64,000 nt of DNA from Longimicrobiales bacterium (GCA_965202985.1 CBDBCF010000001.1:448001-512000); one strand, 5' to 3'. Shown: positions 20,817 to 30,380, counted from the first letter of the stretch. The notes: generated by a model not told the origin, from the sequence alone. Numbers and translations are program-made.

Positions 20817-21860
20817 TTGCATCGGGCGAAAGGTTACGGGACTCGTCCTGCCCTTTCCTCGCGCCGAGTTTCGTCGTTGCCTGCACTTCCCACGCGGCCA
20901 CTGGGGTTCGGCGAACTGCTGGACCTGTCGTTTCAGGTGTACAGGCGGGATTTCCTGGACTACACGCTGATCGCCGCCGCCGGACAGGCGCCCGCTCACG
21001 CGCTGGTCAGCCTCGGCTTGCTGACCATCGAGCCTTTGGCGGTCGGGCAGCCGCTAGGTCCCGGTCAGCTTTCCTCGGCCTTCATTGGGACCGGGGTCGC
21101 TGCGTTGATCTTCTCGGCGATCGCGTGGACGGCTTTGGCTTCGGCGATCGCGGGGCGGATCAAGGCGGGCGACGCCGACCAGGATGGACCGGGCGACGGA
21201 GGGCCCGGGTTCGGGGCAAGCTATCGCCTGGCCCTGCGCCGGCTCCCGACGTTCTTGGCCGCCGGGGTCTTGGCAGCGCTGCTGCTGACCGTCGTCTTTT
21301 TCGTCCCAGCCTTCGTCTCGGTGCTCGCAGGCGTGCTCATGGGGTCGTTCGTGGTCGGGGTCGCGCTGACGATCTTCTGCACCTTGGCCGGCTTCATGTG
21401 GTGGGCATCGTCGGTCTTTGGACTGCTGCCCGCCGTCGTCGTCGAGGGCTGCGGCCCCGTGGGCGCGTTGCGTCGCTCGTTTGCGCTGGCCCGAGGCGGG
21501 CGCTTCCGCATCTTCGGGACGCTGGCGGTCGTGGGCGTCATGCTCGCCTTGCCGGACTTGGCGCTTCAATCGTTCGCATACGGCGTGTCCAGCGTGTTCG
21601 CGGCCGAACCAGCGGGCGTCGTGAGCAACGCCAAGTACTGGGGCGTCTCCACGGGTTCGTTCGTCCTGTCGTCCGTGACCACGCCGCTCATGGTCTCGTG
21701 CGTGATGCTGGTCCACTACGACCGGCGGGTGCGTCGCGAGGGCTACGACCTGGAGGCCGCGGCGGCTTCCCTTGCCGCGACGGCGCCTCGTTCCGCGACG
21801 GCGCCTCGTTCCAGTACGAGGGCCGGCGCCGGGGCGGCTTCCCCTGCGGACCGCTCGTAG
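20817..21860 (+). CDS. Integral membrane protein of the MoxR cluster
   Basis: RPLGFGELLD N-terminus, several TM helices, ALRRSFAL, YDRRVRREGYDLE; start uncertain. Confidence 0.75.
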   Translation: MHRAKGYGTRPALSSRRVSSLPALPTRPLGFGELLDLSFQVYRRDFLDYTLIAAAGQAPAHALVSLGLLTIEPLAVGQPLGPGQLSSAFIGTGVAALIFSAIAWTALASAIAGRIKAGDADQDGPGDGGPGFGASYRLALRRLPTFLAAGVLAALLLTVVFFVPAFVSVLAGVLMGSFVVGVALTIFCTLAGFMWWASSVFGLLPAVVVEGCGPVGALRRSFALARGGRFRIFGTLAVVGVMLALPDLALQSFAYGVSSVFAAEPAGVVSNAKYWGVSTGSFVLSSVTTPLMVSCVMLVHYDRRVRREGYDLEAAAASLAATAPRSATAPRSSTRAGAGAASPADRS

Positions 21861-21861
21861 C

Positions 21862-22575
21862 TTGGTCCGGGAAGGGGCGGACTCGATCCAGGAGGGGTCT
21901 TTCGCCGTCCAGGAGGCAGCGTCCGCGTACCCCGGCGATGTGCGCACCTACGACGAGGTGTCCGGCGCACTGGCGGAGATACTTCGCGGACCCGATTTCC
22001 AAGTGGCGGAGCCCGGCTGGTTCGACCGCACGATGATGGCGATCCTCGAGGCCTTGGGCGAACTGCTGGGCGAAATCGGGCTGCGGATCGGCGACGGCCC
22101 GGGCGTGATCGCGGCGTGGGCGCTGGGGGGCGCGGCGGCGGTCGTGCTGGCCGTGGCGCTGGGCAGCGTGTTGCGCCGGCTGATCGGTCGACTGCGAGGT
22201 CGCAAACAGAGGTTGGTCGAGGGCCCGGAGAGCTTCCGAACCACCGCCGGCTGGTGGCGGGTCGCCGCCGAGAAGGCCGAGCAAGGGGACTATCGCGGCG
22301 CGGCCACCGCACTGTACCAAGGCGTCCTGCTGGCGCTGGACGGCGACGGCGTGGTGGCGTTCCATCCGTCCAAGACTCCGGGCGAGTACGCGGCGGAAGC
22401 AGGGGCGAAGCCGGCGGGAGGAGACGCCAAGCGGTTCCTGGGGGCGTTCCAGCGCGTCTCGTTTGGTCGCCGGGTCCCCGCCGCCGAAGCGTACCGGCGC
22501 CTGGAACGCCTTGCACGGGGGCTGGCCGGGCTCGGGCAGGCGTCGAACGCCGCCTCCGCGGGCCGGGCCCGATGA
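21862..22575 (+). CDS. DUF4129 domain membrane protein
   Basis: TM helix then GDYRGA..LY..SKTPGEY..FQRVSFG; start uncertain. Confidence 0.75.
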   Translation: MVREGADSIQEGSFAVQEAASAYPGDVRTYDEVSGALAEILRGPDFQVAEPGWFDRTMMAILEALGELLGEIGLRIGDGPGVIAAWALGGAAAVVLAVALGSVLRRLIGRLRGRKQRLVEGPESFRTTAGWWRVAAEKAEQGDYRGAATALYQGVLLALDGDGVVAFHPSKTPGEYAAEAGAKPAGGDAKRFLGAFQRVSFGRRVPAAEAYRRLERLARGLAGLGQASNAASAGRAR

Positions 22576-23819
22576 GCCGCCCGGCTGGACCGTTGGCGGG
22601 ACGAGGAGGCGCCGTGGCCTGCACCGTCGCGGTGCTGGGGCTGACCGCCCTGGCGGTGCTCGTCGCCCGGCCGCGCACGGGCCAAGTGGCGCTGGGCGGC
22701 GACGTGCGAAGCTCGTTTCGGACGACCCCGGACGGGGTGGCCGCGCTGTACGCCGCGGTCTCGGCGCTGGGGGTTCCGGCGGCGCCCCGCATGACTCCGC
22801 TCGCGGACGCGGACTCCATTCGGGGGCCGCTCGTGCTGCTGGAACCGACCGAGAGGCCCAGCCCGCGCGAGGTGCACGCGCTTCTCGACTGGGTCCGGCA
22901 GGGAGGCACGCTGCTCTACGCGCCCCGGATCGAGGCGCGCAGTGCGCCGGCGGTGCTGGACTCGCTGGGGCTCGTCGTCCGGCAACCGGAGTCAGGCGCG
23001 CGCAACCTCCGATGGATACCCCACCGCTTCACCGTGGACCTGCCGCCGCCTCGTCTTGTCCGCCGCCTCGTCGCGGTGCCGGCGGAGGCGGACACGCCGT
23101 CGCAGCCGGATGCGCCGTCGCAAGCCGATCCGGCGCCACGCCCGCCGCCAGCCCCCATGCAACCGCTTCTGTCGGCCGACGCCCCCGACAGCGCGACGGG
23201 CGCGGCAGCGGCGGTGATCGCGCTGGGTCGGGGCCGCATCGTCGCGTTCGCGGACGCGGAACCGCTCTCCAACGAACACGCGGGCGAGGACCCGCTGGCG
23301 GTCCTGGCGTTGCGCGCCGTGCTCGCGTTCACGCCTCCCGGCGACACGGTCTTCTTCGACGAGTTCCACCACGGCGTGCGCGGGCTGGGTTCCCCGGCGG
23401 AAGCAGCGACGGCCTTCGTTCTGGGCACCGACGGCGGACGCGCCCTTCTCCACCTGGGCATCGTGGTGCTGCTGGCCCTGGCAGTGGCGGGCGCGCGCCT
23501 GGGAGCGCCGTCCGACCCGCTGCCCGACGAACGTCGCTCCCCCCTGGAGCACGTATCCGCCCTGGCCCGCCTCTACCAAACCGCCGGCGCTCGCGACACG
23601 GCGGCGCTTCTGCTCCTGGCTCGAGCGGCTCGCGCCGCGGGGAGAGCGCCGCCCAAGACCCTCCCGGAAGCCCAGGCGATGATCGAGGCGATGCGAGTCC
23701 GCGGCGACTCCGAGCAGGCGTGTCGCTTGGTGCGGCAAGGGTTGCAGGCCCAGCCCCGAGATTTGAAGGTGATCGCAGCCGGAATCGACGAGTACTGTCA
23801 ACGAGGACGCCGCTCATGA
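22572..23819 (+). CDS. DUF4350 domain protein
   Basis: SSFRTTPDG, LLDWVRQGG, LSNE, FDEFHHG; ATGA overlaps on both sides. Confidence 0.78.
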   Translation: MSRPAGPLAGRGGAVACTVAVLGLTALAVLVARPRTGQVALGGDVRSSFRTTPDGVAALYAAVSALGVPAAPRMTPLADADSIRGPLVLLEPTERPSPREVHALLDWVRQGGTLLYAPRIEARSAPAVLDSLGLVVRQPESGARNLRWIPHRFTVDLPPPRLVRRLVAVPAEADTPSQPDAPSQADPAPRPPPAPMQPLLSADAPDSATGAAAAVIALGRGRIVAFADAEPLSNEHAGEDPLAVLALRAVLAFTPPGDTVFFDEFHHGVRGLGSPAEAATAFVLGTDGGRALLHLGIVVLLALAVAGARLGAPSDPLPDERRSPLEHVSALARLYQTAGARDTAALLLLARAARAAGRAPPKTLPEAQAMIEAMRVRGDSEQACRLVRQGLQAQPRDLKVIAAGIDEYCQRGRRS

Positions 23820-24910
23820 CGCGGAACCCCACGGAACCGCAACCGCAGGATCGGACGCCCGAGGGGGACGAAGGCGACGCGCCCGCCCCGGACGAACGGT
23901 CGGGACCGGACGGCTCGCCCGCCCTGGACGGCCAGCCCGAGCCGCCCGGCTCCCCCGCCCCGCCCGGCCGCCCGGACGCCGCAGGCCGGTTGCTGGACGG
24001 GGTCGAGCAGGTCGTGCTGGGCCAGTCCGCCGTGGTGCGCCAGCTTCTGGTCACCTTGCTTGCCGGCGGTCACGCGCTGGTGGAGGGCGTGCCGGGGACG
24101 GCCAAGACGCTGGCGGTGCGGGCGCTGGCCAGGGGGATGGGGCTCGAGTTCGGAAGGGTCCAGTTCACGCCGGACCTGATGCCTGCGGACTTGGTGGGCG
24201 TGAACGTGCTGGACGAAGCGGCCCGCGACTTCGTGTACCGGCCCGGCCCCGTGTTCGCGGAACTGCTGCTGGCCGACGAGATCAACCGCGCGCCCCCCAA
24301 GACCCAGGCCGCGCTGCTGGAGGCCATGGCCGAACGCCAGGTCACGGTGGACGGCAAGACGCGCCCTTTGCCGGAGGCGTTCACGGTCTTCGCCACGCAG
24401 AACCCCGTCGAGCACGAGGGAACGTACCCCCTTCCCGAAGCCCAGGTGGACCGCTTCCTCATGAAGATCGTCGTGGACTACCCGCCGGAGGCAGCGGAGC
24501 GCAGCATCCTGGACCGCTACGACGCCGGCTTCCGCGCCAGCGACGAATCCACCTACCCGATAGTCGACGCCATGACCCGCGCCGAGCTGCTGGAGGCTCG
24601 CTGCCTTGCGGGTCGGCTTCACGTGGACGAACGCATCCGGCGCTACGTCACGAAGATCGTCCGCGCCACCCGGCAGGACGCCGCCTTCGCTCTGGGCACC
24701 AGTCCGCGGGCAGGCGTGGCGCTGTTCCAAGCCGCCCGCGCCCAGGCCTACTTGGACGGGCGCGACTTCGTGACTCCCGACGACGTGAAGCTGCTGTCGT
24801 TCCCGGTGCTCCGACACCGCGTCGTCCTTACGCCCGAGGCGGAAGTCGAGGGGCGGTCGTCCGACGACGAGCTGCGCGCGCTGCTGGAGACGCTGGAGGC
24901 GCCCCGGTAG
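23816..24910 (+). CDS. MoxR family AAA+ ATPase
   Basis: GVPGTAKT, QFTPDLMPAD, DEINRAPPKTQAALLEAM, YPLPEAQ. Confidence 0.95.
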   Translation: MTRNPTEPQPQDRTPEGDEGDAPAPDERSGPDGSPALDGQPEPPGSPAPPGRPDAAGRLLDGVEQVVLGQSAVVRQLLVTLLAGGHALVEGVPGTAKTLAVRALARGMGLEFGRVQFTPDLMPADLVGVNVLDEAARDFVYRPGPVFAELLLADEINRAPPKTQAALLEAMAERQVTVDGKTRPLPEAFTVFATQNPVEHEGTYPLPEAQVDRFLMKIVVDYPPEAAERSILDRYDAGFRASDESTYPIVDAMTRAELLEARCLAGRLHVDERIRRYVTKIVRATRQDAAFALGTSPRAGVALFQAARAQAYLDGRDFVTPDDVKLLSFPVLRHRVVLTPEAEVEGRSSDDELRALLETLEAPR

Positions 24911-24915
24911 CTGCC

Positions 24916-26367
24916 ATGCGCGGTCCAGGACATCGCGCCGGGATGGCGCCGTCCGCCCGAGGAGCAGCTTCGGCGTCCGCTCCGACGGTCGGCGACCCGG
25001 CCGAGAGCGTGCGCGAAGCAGCCCCCGCGGGCTTGGCGACGCAGCCGCGGATCCCCCTGCTCCCCAGTGTGCGAACGATCGCGCTGTTGGCGTCAGCATC
25101 GGCGTTCTTTCTGGCGTCCGCCGCCGCCGGGGCCGTCGCCGACCTGCTGATCCTGGCGCTGGCGTGGCTGGACGGGCGCCGCGCCGCCTTGCCCCGCTTG
25201 GTCCGCCGAGTCCCCCGGGCCGTCTTGCTCGGGGACGAGGCACGGGTCGTCCTGGAGGTGTCGAACCCCAGCCGACGGGCCGTTCGGATCCTGCTGACGG
25301 ACGACCTGGACTCGAGACTGGAGCGCCGGCCCGACCGCGAGTCCCCTGGCCCCGACGATTGGGAGCGCGGGGTCTCGGTCGATCTAGCCGAAAGGTCCTC
25401 GGTTCGGCTGACCTACCGGATTCGACCCCGGACGCGGGGGTTCCTGCGACTGGGCAGCGTTCACATGCGCTCGTTGGGAACCCTGGGACTGGCGTGGGCG
25501 CGAACGACCGTGGCCATGGAAGACACGTTGCGGGTCCAGCCCGGCGCCGCCGGTCGCTCCCGGTCCGTGCATCACGCCGTTCGCCGCCACCTGCGCGAAG
25601 CGGGACCGCGGCCCGTTCGCAGGCGGGGCGAAGGCCGCGAGTTCGAGAGCCTCCGCGAGTACGCCAAGGGCGACGATCCGCGGACGATCGACTGGAAGGC
25701 ATCGGCGCGGCATCGGGGGTTCGTGGTTCGGAGCTACCAGGCCGAACGCCACCAGAACGTGGTCCTGGCGATCGACGCCGGCCGCCACATGAGGGAGCGG
25801 GTCATGGACCGGGAGCGGGCCGACTTCGCCCTGGCCGCGGCGATGACGCTGGCCGGACGGGCCAAGCGCTGCGGCGACCGCGTGGGCACGCTGGTCTTCG
25901 ACGACCGGATCCGCCACGCTTCGCCGGCTCGGCGGCCGGACTTGGGGCGGATGGCCGACATGCTGGCCGGGGTCGAGACGCGGTTGGTGGAGCCCAACTA
26001 TCCGCTGGCCGCCGCCACGCTGGCCCGGACGTTCCGCAAGCGCTCCCTGGTGGTCCTCTTCTGCGACGTGATCGACGAGGCCGTGTCGCGGGCCCTGGTC
26101 GCCTCGCTGTCTCGGGTCGGCCGCGCCCACTTGCCTCTGGCCGTGGCGATCCGCAACCCGGCGCTGGAAGCGGCGGCGGCGCGCACTCCCGCGACCGAGG
26201 CGGAGGCGTTCCGGAGGGCCGCAGCCGAGGAGATGAGCCACGCGCGGGCCGTCGCCTTGGAACGGATGCGCCGCTCCGGCGTGCTGGTAGTGGACGCCGC
26301 GCCCGGCGAAGCCATGTCGCGCACCCTGGACAAGTACATGGAGGTCAAGGAGCGGGGACTGCTGTAG
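24916..26367 (+). CDS. DUF58 (vWA-like) domain protein
   Basis: GREFESLREY..GDDPRTIDWKASAR. Confidence 0.9.
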   Translation: MRGPGHRAGMAPSARGAASASAPTVGDPAESVREAAPAGLATQPRIPLLPSVRTIALLASASAFFLASAAAGAVADLLILALAWLDGRRAALPRLVRRVPRAVLLGDEARVVLEVSNPSRRAVRILLTDDLDSRLERRPDRESPGPDDWERGVSVDLAERSSVRLTYRIRPRTRGFLRLGSVHMRSLGTLGLAWARTTVAMEDTLRVQPGAAGRSRSVHHAVRRHLREAGPRPVRRRGEGREFESLREYAKGDDPRTIDWKASARHRGFVVRSYQAERHQNVVLAIDAGRHMRERVMDRERADFALAAAMTLAGRAKRCGDRVGTLVFDDRIRHASPARRPDLGRMADMLAGVETRLVEPNYPLAAATLARTFRKRSLVVLFCDVIDEAVSRALVASLSRVGRAHLPLAVAIRNPALEAAAARTPATEAEAFRRAAAEEMSHARAVALERMRRSGVLVVDAAPGEAMSRTLDKYMEVKERGLL

Positions 26368-26389
26368 CGAAGTCGGCTGGCGGCAATAG

Positions 26390-28171
26390 CTAGGCCGTGT
26401 GCCGGCCCGAACCCGCGGGCGCACCCCGGCGCGCGAAGTAGGCCGCCAGGAGCACGGCCGTGCTGCCGCCGAACAGGAACTTTGCCGTGGCCGGCAGCGT
26501 GGACGGCGAGACGAACCCCTCCACGATCCCCGCCAGGACCAGGAGCACGGCGGCGCCGCCCAGGATCGACAACGCCTCCCGTCCGCGCATCGCCAGCGCG
26601 GCCCGGCGGGTGCGCCGTCCCGGCGTCAGCATCCCCGTCGCCAGCACGAGACCCGCCCCGCCGGCCAAGCAGATCGCCGTGAGCTCGAGCACGCCGTGGG
26701 GCGACACGAAGGCCAGCAGCACGTCCAAGACGCCTTGGTTGGCGTAGAGCCCGAAGGCCGCGCCGAGGTGCACGCCGTTGAAGACCAGGATCGTCGCCGT
26801 GCCGACCCCGGCCAGGACGCCCCCGGCAAAGGCGATGAAGGCGACCTGCAGGTTGTTCGTCATGATCGTCGACGAGAACATGGGCATGGCGGCGCCGGGA
26901 ACGTCCACGTAGGCGGCGTCGATGTCGCCGGGCGCGGTGTTCTCGGCACGGGCCATCATTCCCGCCGGCATGATGTTGCGCGCCAGGGCCGGGTCGGCGC
27001 GGACGGCCCCGTAGGTCGCCGCCATGGGCCCGAAGAGCAGCAGCCCCGCCAGCAGCACGCTCCACCTTCTCGCGCGAACGGCAGCGGGAAGGCCAGCCGT
27101 CAGCCACCGCCGCACCGGCTTCCCCGACGACCGACGCGGGGCGCGATAGAGCAGGTTGTGGCCTGCTCCCGCCCACCTCTCCAACGCCGACAGTACGGCC
27201 GGGGGCGCGCCGTAGGTCCGCGCCCGCTCCAAGTCGGCGGCCACGCCCCGGTACAGTCGCCCGAAGGAGCGGACTTCGCCTTCGGAGAGCGACGGGAGGC
27301 TTCGCACCACCGCTTCGTCGACGCGGCGCCGGTAGTCGTCCCAGGACTGCTTGCGTTCACGCACCAAGGCCGCGGCCTGCAGGTCCCACTTGACTCGGCC
27401 GCCCGCATGGCGCGGAGCTTCGTCGGCGTGCAGCCGGAGCAGGAAGCCGTGCCGGGGCATGGCGTCGTCGAAGTCGGGGTGGGCCTCCGCCTCGGGGCGA
27501 AGGGCTTCCAGCACCGAGTTGGCCACCCGGTCGCGCGCAGCTCGGGGCAAGCGGGCCTGCCGCTCGACGAACGACGCCAGCAGCTCGAACTGCGAACCCG
27601 CGAGCAGCGGACGCCCGGGAGCGGCGGCAGGCGGATCGGGCCAAGCGAGGTCTCCCGAGCCGCGGTCGCGCACCACGATCGTGTCGGCGGCCAGGTCGCC
27701 CAGGCGCTGCGTGCGGCGGCCGAGCATCATGAACGCGCCCCCCAGCACGCCGGTGGGGAAGGGCTGCAGGTCCACGACCCGCACCAAGTTGCGGATCGCC
27801 GAGCCCTGAAGCGTCAGCGGCTGGCCGCCCGAGTGAACGACGCGCAGTCCGAACAAGCGCTTCCCGGGTGTCCGTCCGTCGTGGAACGCCTCGAACAGCA
27901 GAAAGTAGCCCCACTGGAACAGGAACAGCACGAAGATCAGCACCGCTAAGACGGTCCCGGTCGCGTACTCCGAGACGCCGAGCCGCGCCACGAACACGAA
28001 GCCGAGCACCACGGTCGCGAACGCCGCGACCACGAGCGCACCGTCGGCCGCCATCGCCGCGAACCGGGACCCCAGGTCCGCCAAGTCGTAGCCCAGCCGG
28101 ACGTGTTCCGGCGTCTCGACTTGGACGCGACGGGACAGAGGGAGGGACGAAGGGGAGATCGACGGCTTCAT
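26390..28171 (-). CDS. RDD domain fused to SpoIIM-like membrane domain
   Basis: N-terminal TPEHV, GRTPGKR, QRLGDLAADT; C-terminal NNLQVAF, PHGVLEL, EGFVSP. Confidence 0.85.
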   Translation of the reverse strand: MKPSISPSSLPLSRRVQVETPEHVRLGYDLADLGSRFAAMAADGALVVAAFATVVLGFVFVARLGVSEYATGTVLAVLIFVLFLFQWGYFLLFEAFHDGRTPGKRLFGLRVVHSGGQPLTLQGSAIRNLVRVVDLQPFPTGVLGGAFMMLGRRTQRLGDLAADTIVVRDRGSGDLAWPDPPAAAPGRPLLAGSQFELLASFVERQARLPRAARDRVANSVLEALRPEAEAHPDFDDAMPRHGFLLRLHADEAPRHAGGRVKWDLQAAALVRERKQSWDDYRRRVDEAVVRSLPSLSEGEVRSFGRLYRGVAADLERARTYGAPPAVLSALERWAGAGHNLLYRAPRRSSGKPVRRWLTAGLPAAVRARRWSVLLAGLLLFGPMAATYGAVRADPALARNIMPAGMMARAENTAPGDIDAAYVDVPGAAMPMFSSTIMTNNLQVAFIAFAGGVLAGVGTATILVFNGVHLGAAFGLYANQGVLDVLLAFVSPHGVLELTAICLAGGAGLVLATGMLTPGRRTRRAALAMRGREALSILGGAAVLLVLAGIVEGFVSPSTLPATAKFLFGGSTAVLLAAYFARRGAPAGSGRHTA

Positions 28172-28219
28172 TTGGACCTGGCCAGCGCTTCGTTCGGTCC
28201 TGCGCCCAGCGCGGGAAAG

Positions 28220-28293
28220 TGCCGGAGGAGGGACTCGAACCCCCGACACGCGGATTATGATTCCGCTGCTCTAACCAGCTGAGCTACTCCGGC
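28220..28293 (-). tRNA. tRNA-Met(CAT), elongator type; CCA not encoded
   Basis: Acceptor stem GCCGGAG/CTCCGGC, anticodon arm GCGGA-ATCATAA-TCCGC, GGTTCGAGTCC T arm; lacks initiator features. Confidence 0.95.
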
Positions 28294-28303
28294 GGGGGAA
28301 GGG

Positions 28304-28332
28304 AAGCTCCCAACGCCGGGCGCGACTGTCAA
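28304..28332 (-). promoter_or_regulatory. Putative tRNA promoter
   Basis: TTGACA-N17-GAGCTT ending 10 nt before the tRNA 5' end. Confidence 0.45.
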
Positions 28333-28335
28333 GCC

Positions 28336-28367
28336 GAGGGCGACCCGTCAGGAGGGCGACCCGTCAG
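28336..28367. repeat. Perfect 16-bp tandem duplication GAGGGCGACCCGTCAG x2
   Basis: Read directly from the sequence. Confidence 0.9.
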
Positions 28368-28587
28368 GCCGACGGTCGGGTGCCCAACCCGGAGTGCTGG
28401 GGTCGTTCGCGACCGGGGCTGGCGGCCACGCGTCGCGCGCGTGCAAGCGAGGGCAGCGTGCCCACGATGACCCCGCGAGCGACCAGGTCGAGAATCCCCA
28501 AGCGCTGCGCGTGCGAGCGAAAGGATTCCGCGCCTTGCAACCGTCAACAGGTTGCGCAAGGTTCTTTGCACCAAGGGAGGCGTCCGG

Positions 28588-30233
28588 ATGCGGGAGTTCA
28601 ACACGGAAGGTCCGGTGGTGGCGGAAGACCACTACCACATCCCTCCTCTCGACCGCGCGAACCCTGCCGAGATCCAGCGGTTGCTGGCCCGGAAGCGCTA
28701 CTTCGTACTCCATGCGCCTCGGCAGACCGGGAAGACATCTGCTCTTCTGGCGTTGCAGGGCCTGCTGAACGCGCGGGGCGACTACTTGGTGTGGTGCGTG
28801 ACCAGCACCGAGGCGTCGGGGCCTGCTGAACGCGCGGGGCGACTACCGTTGCGTCTACGTCAACGTGGAAGGCGTGACAACGGCCCGCGAAGACGTGGAA
28901 GCTGCCGTCCGCACCGTCCTCAGCGAGCTGGCCGAAGCCGCTCGCGACACGCTGGGAGACGACTTCCTTGCCGAGACTTGGCCCGCCGTGCTGGCCAAGA
29001 GCGGCGGACACAGCGCATTGCGGGTGGCGCTGACTCGTTGGGCGCGGAACAGCGACCGACCGCTGGTCCTGCTCCTCGACGAGATCGACGCGCTGGTGGG
29101 CGACTCGCTCTTGTCGGTGTTGCGACAACTCCGGGCAGGCTACCACCTGCGCCCCGCGGGCTTCCCCCAGAGCGTGGTCCTGTGCGGCGTCCGGGACGTG
29201 CGCGACTACCGCATCCGCTCCGGTTCGGCGAACACGATGGTCGCCGGAGGCAGCGCCTTCAACATCAAGGCCGAGTCGTTGCGCTTGGGCGACTTCTCCC
29301 CGGACGAAGTGCGCGACCTGCTCGGACAGCATACCGCCGAAACCGGCCAGCCGTTCACCGATGGCGCGTTGGGCGCGGTCCGGACGCAGACCCAGGGCCA
29401 GCCCTGGCTCGTCAACGCACTGGCCTACCATGCGTGCTTCCGCGGCGAGCTGGCGAAGGACAGGTCGCGCGCCGTGACCGAAGCCGATGTGCTTGACGCC
29501 CGGGAAGCGTTGATCCTGCGTCGCGACACCCACCTGGACCAGCTCACCGACAAGCTGCGCGAGGACCGCGTCTGGCGGGTCGTGGAGCCGATCCTGACCG
29601 GCGCCGGCGAGTCGTCCTACACCGCTCGGGACGTGGAGTACATCCGAGACCTGGGGCTGATCGCCCGCGATCCGCCGGTCCGCATCGCCAACCCCATCTA
29701 CGCCGAGGTCGTGCCTCGGGAGCTGACTTGGTTGGCCCAGGACGACCTGCCCCACGATCCGGCCTGGTACGTGGACGCCTCCGGCGCACTGCTGCTGGGC
29801 AAGCTGTTGGAGGGCGTTTCAGCAGTTCTACCGCGAGAACTCGGAGCACTGGGTCGAGCGCTACGGCTTCAAGGAGGCGGGACCGCAGCTGCTCTTGCAG
29901 GCGTTCTTGCAGAGGGTCGTCAACAGCGGCGGGCGGATCGAACGGGAGTATGCGCTGGGGACGGGTCGCACCGACTTGCTGATCGTCTGGCCGGAAGGCG
30001 ACGCGGTGCGCCGGTACGTGGTCGAGTGCAATGTTCGCCACGAGCGTCGGGGCCTGGAGCGCACCGTGGCCGAGGGCGTGGAGCAGACGACGGTGTACCT
30101 GGATCGATGCGGCGCCGAGGCCGGGCACTTGGTCGTTTTCGACCGCGACCAAGGGCGCAGTTGGGACGAGAAGGTGTTTCGCGGCAAGCACACCACCGAG
30201 AGCGGCGTCGAGATCGCGGTGTGGGGGATGTGA
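28588..30233 (+). pseudogene. Disrupted AAA-type ATPase with C-terminal PD-(D/E)XK-like domain
   Basis: One protein split over three reading segments: MREFNTEGP..APRQTGKT, LLLDEID..AFNIK..GQPWLVN, QAFLQRVVN..REY..GRTDL..VEC; 61-bp insertion at 28786-28846 and extra G at 29812-29814. Confidence 0.88.
28758..28846. repeat. Repeat-spacer-repeat unit (28 bp / 33 bp / 28 bp); candidate single-spacer neo-CRISPR
   Basis: GGGCCTGCTGAACGCGCGGGGCGACTAC at 28758-28785 and 28819-28846 flanks TTGGTGTGGTGCGTGACCAGCACCGAGGCGTCG; confidence refers to the repeat structure, not its origin. Confidence 0.95.
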
Positions 30234-30380
30234 TCGCGATGCCAAGCCCGCGACTTGTCAGCCGGCCCCTCGGTCCTCCAATTGGGAGATCGCGCCGGGC
30301 TGTCGTCGCGCAAGTCGCGACTCGGGCCGGAGCGGCTGGCCGGCGTTGGGCGACCGACCGTCTTCTCGCAGGAGGAAATC

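Noticed and set aside
28220..28293. tRNA as initiator/Ile2 or as an integration site
   Set aside because: G1-C72 is paired and the three anticodon-stem G-C pairs are absent, so it is not an initiator. It resembles elongator Met, though Ile2 is not formally excluded. No integrase or duplicated 3' end was seen.
28758..28846. Canonical CRISPR array
   Set aside because: Only two repeats, no leader, no cas genes, and the repeat is native coding sequence; reported as an ectopic integration candidate instead
29805..29825. Programmed ribosomal frameshift
   Set aside because: No slippery heptamer, and the gene is already broken upstream
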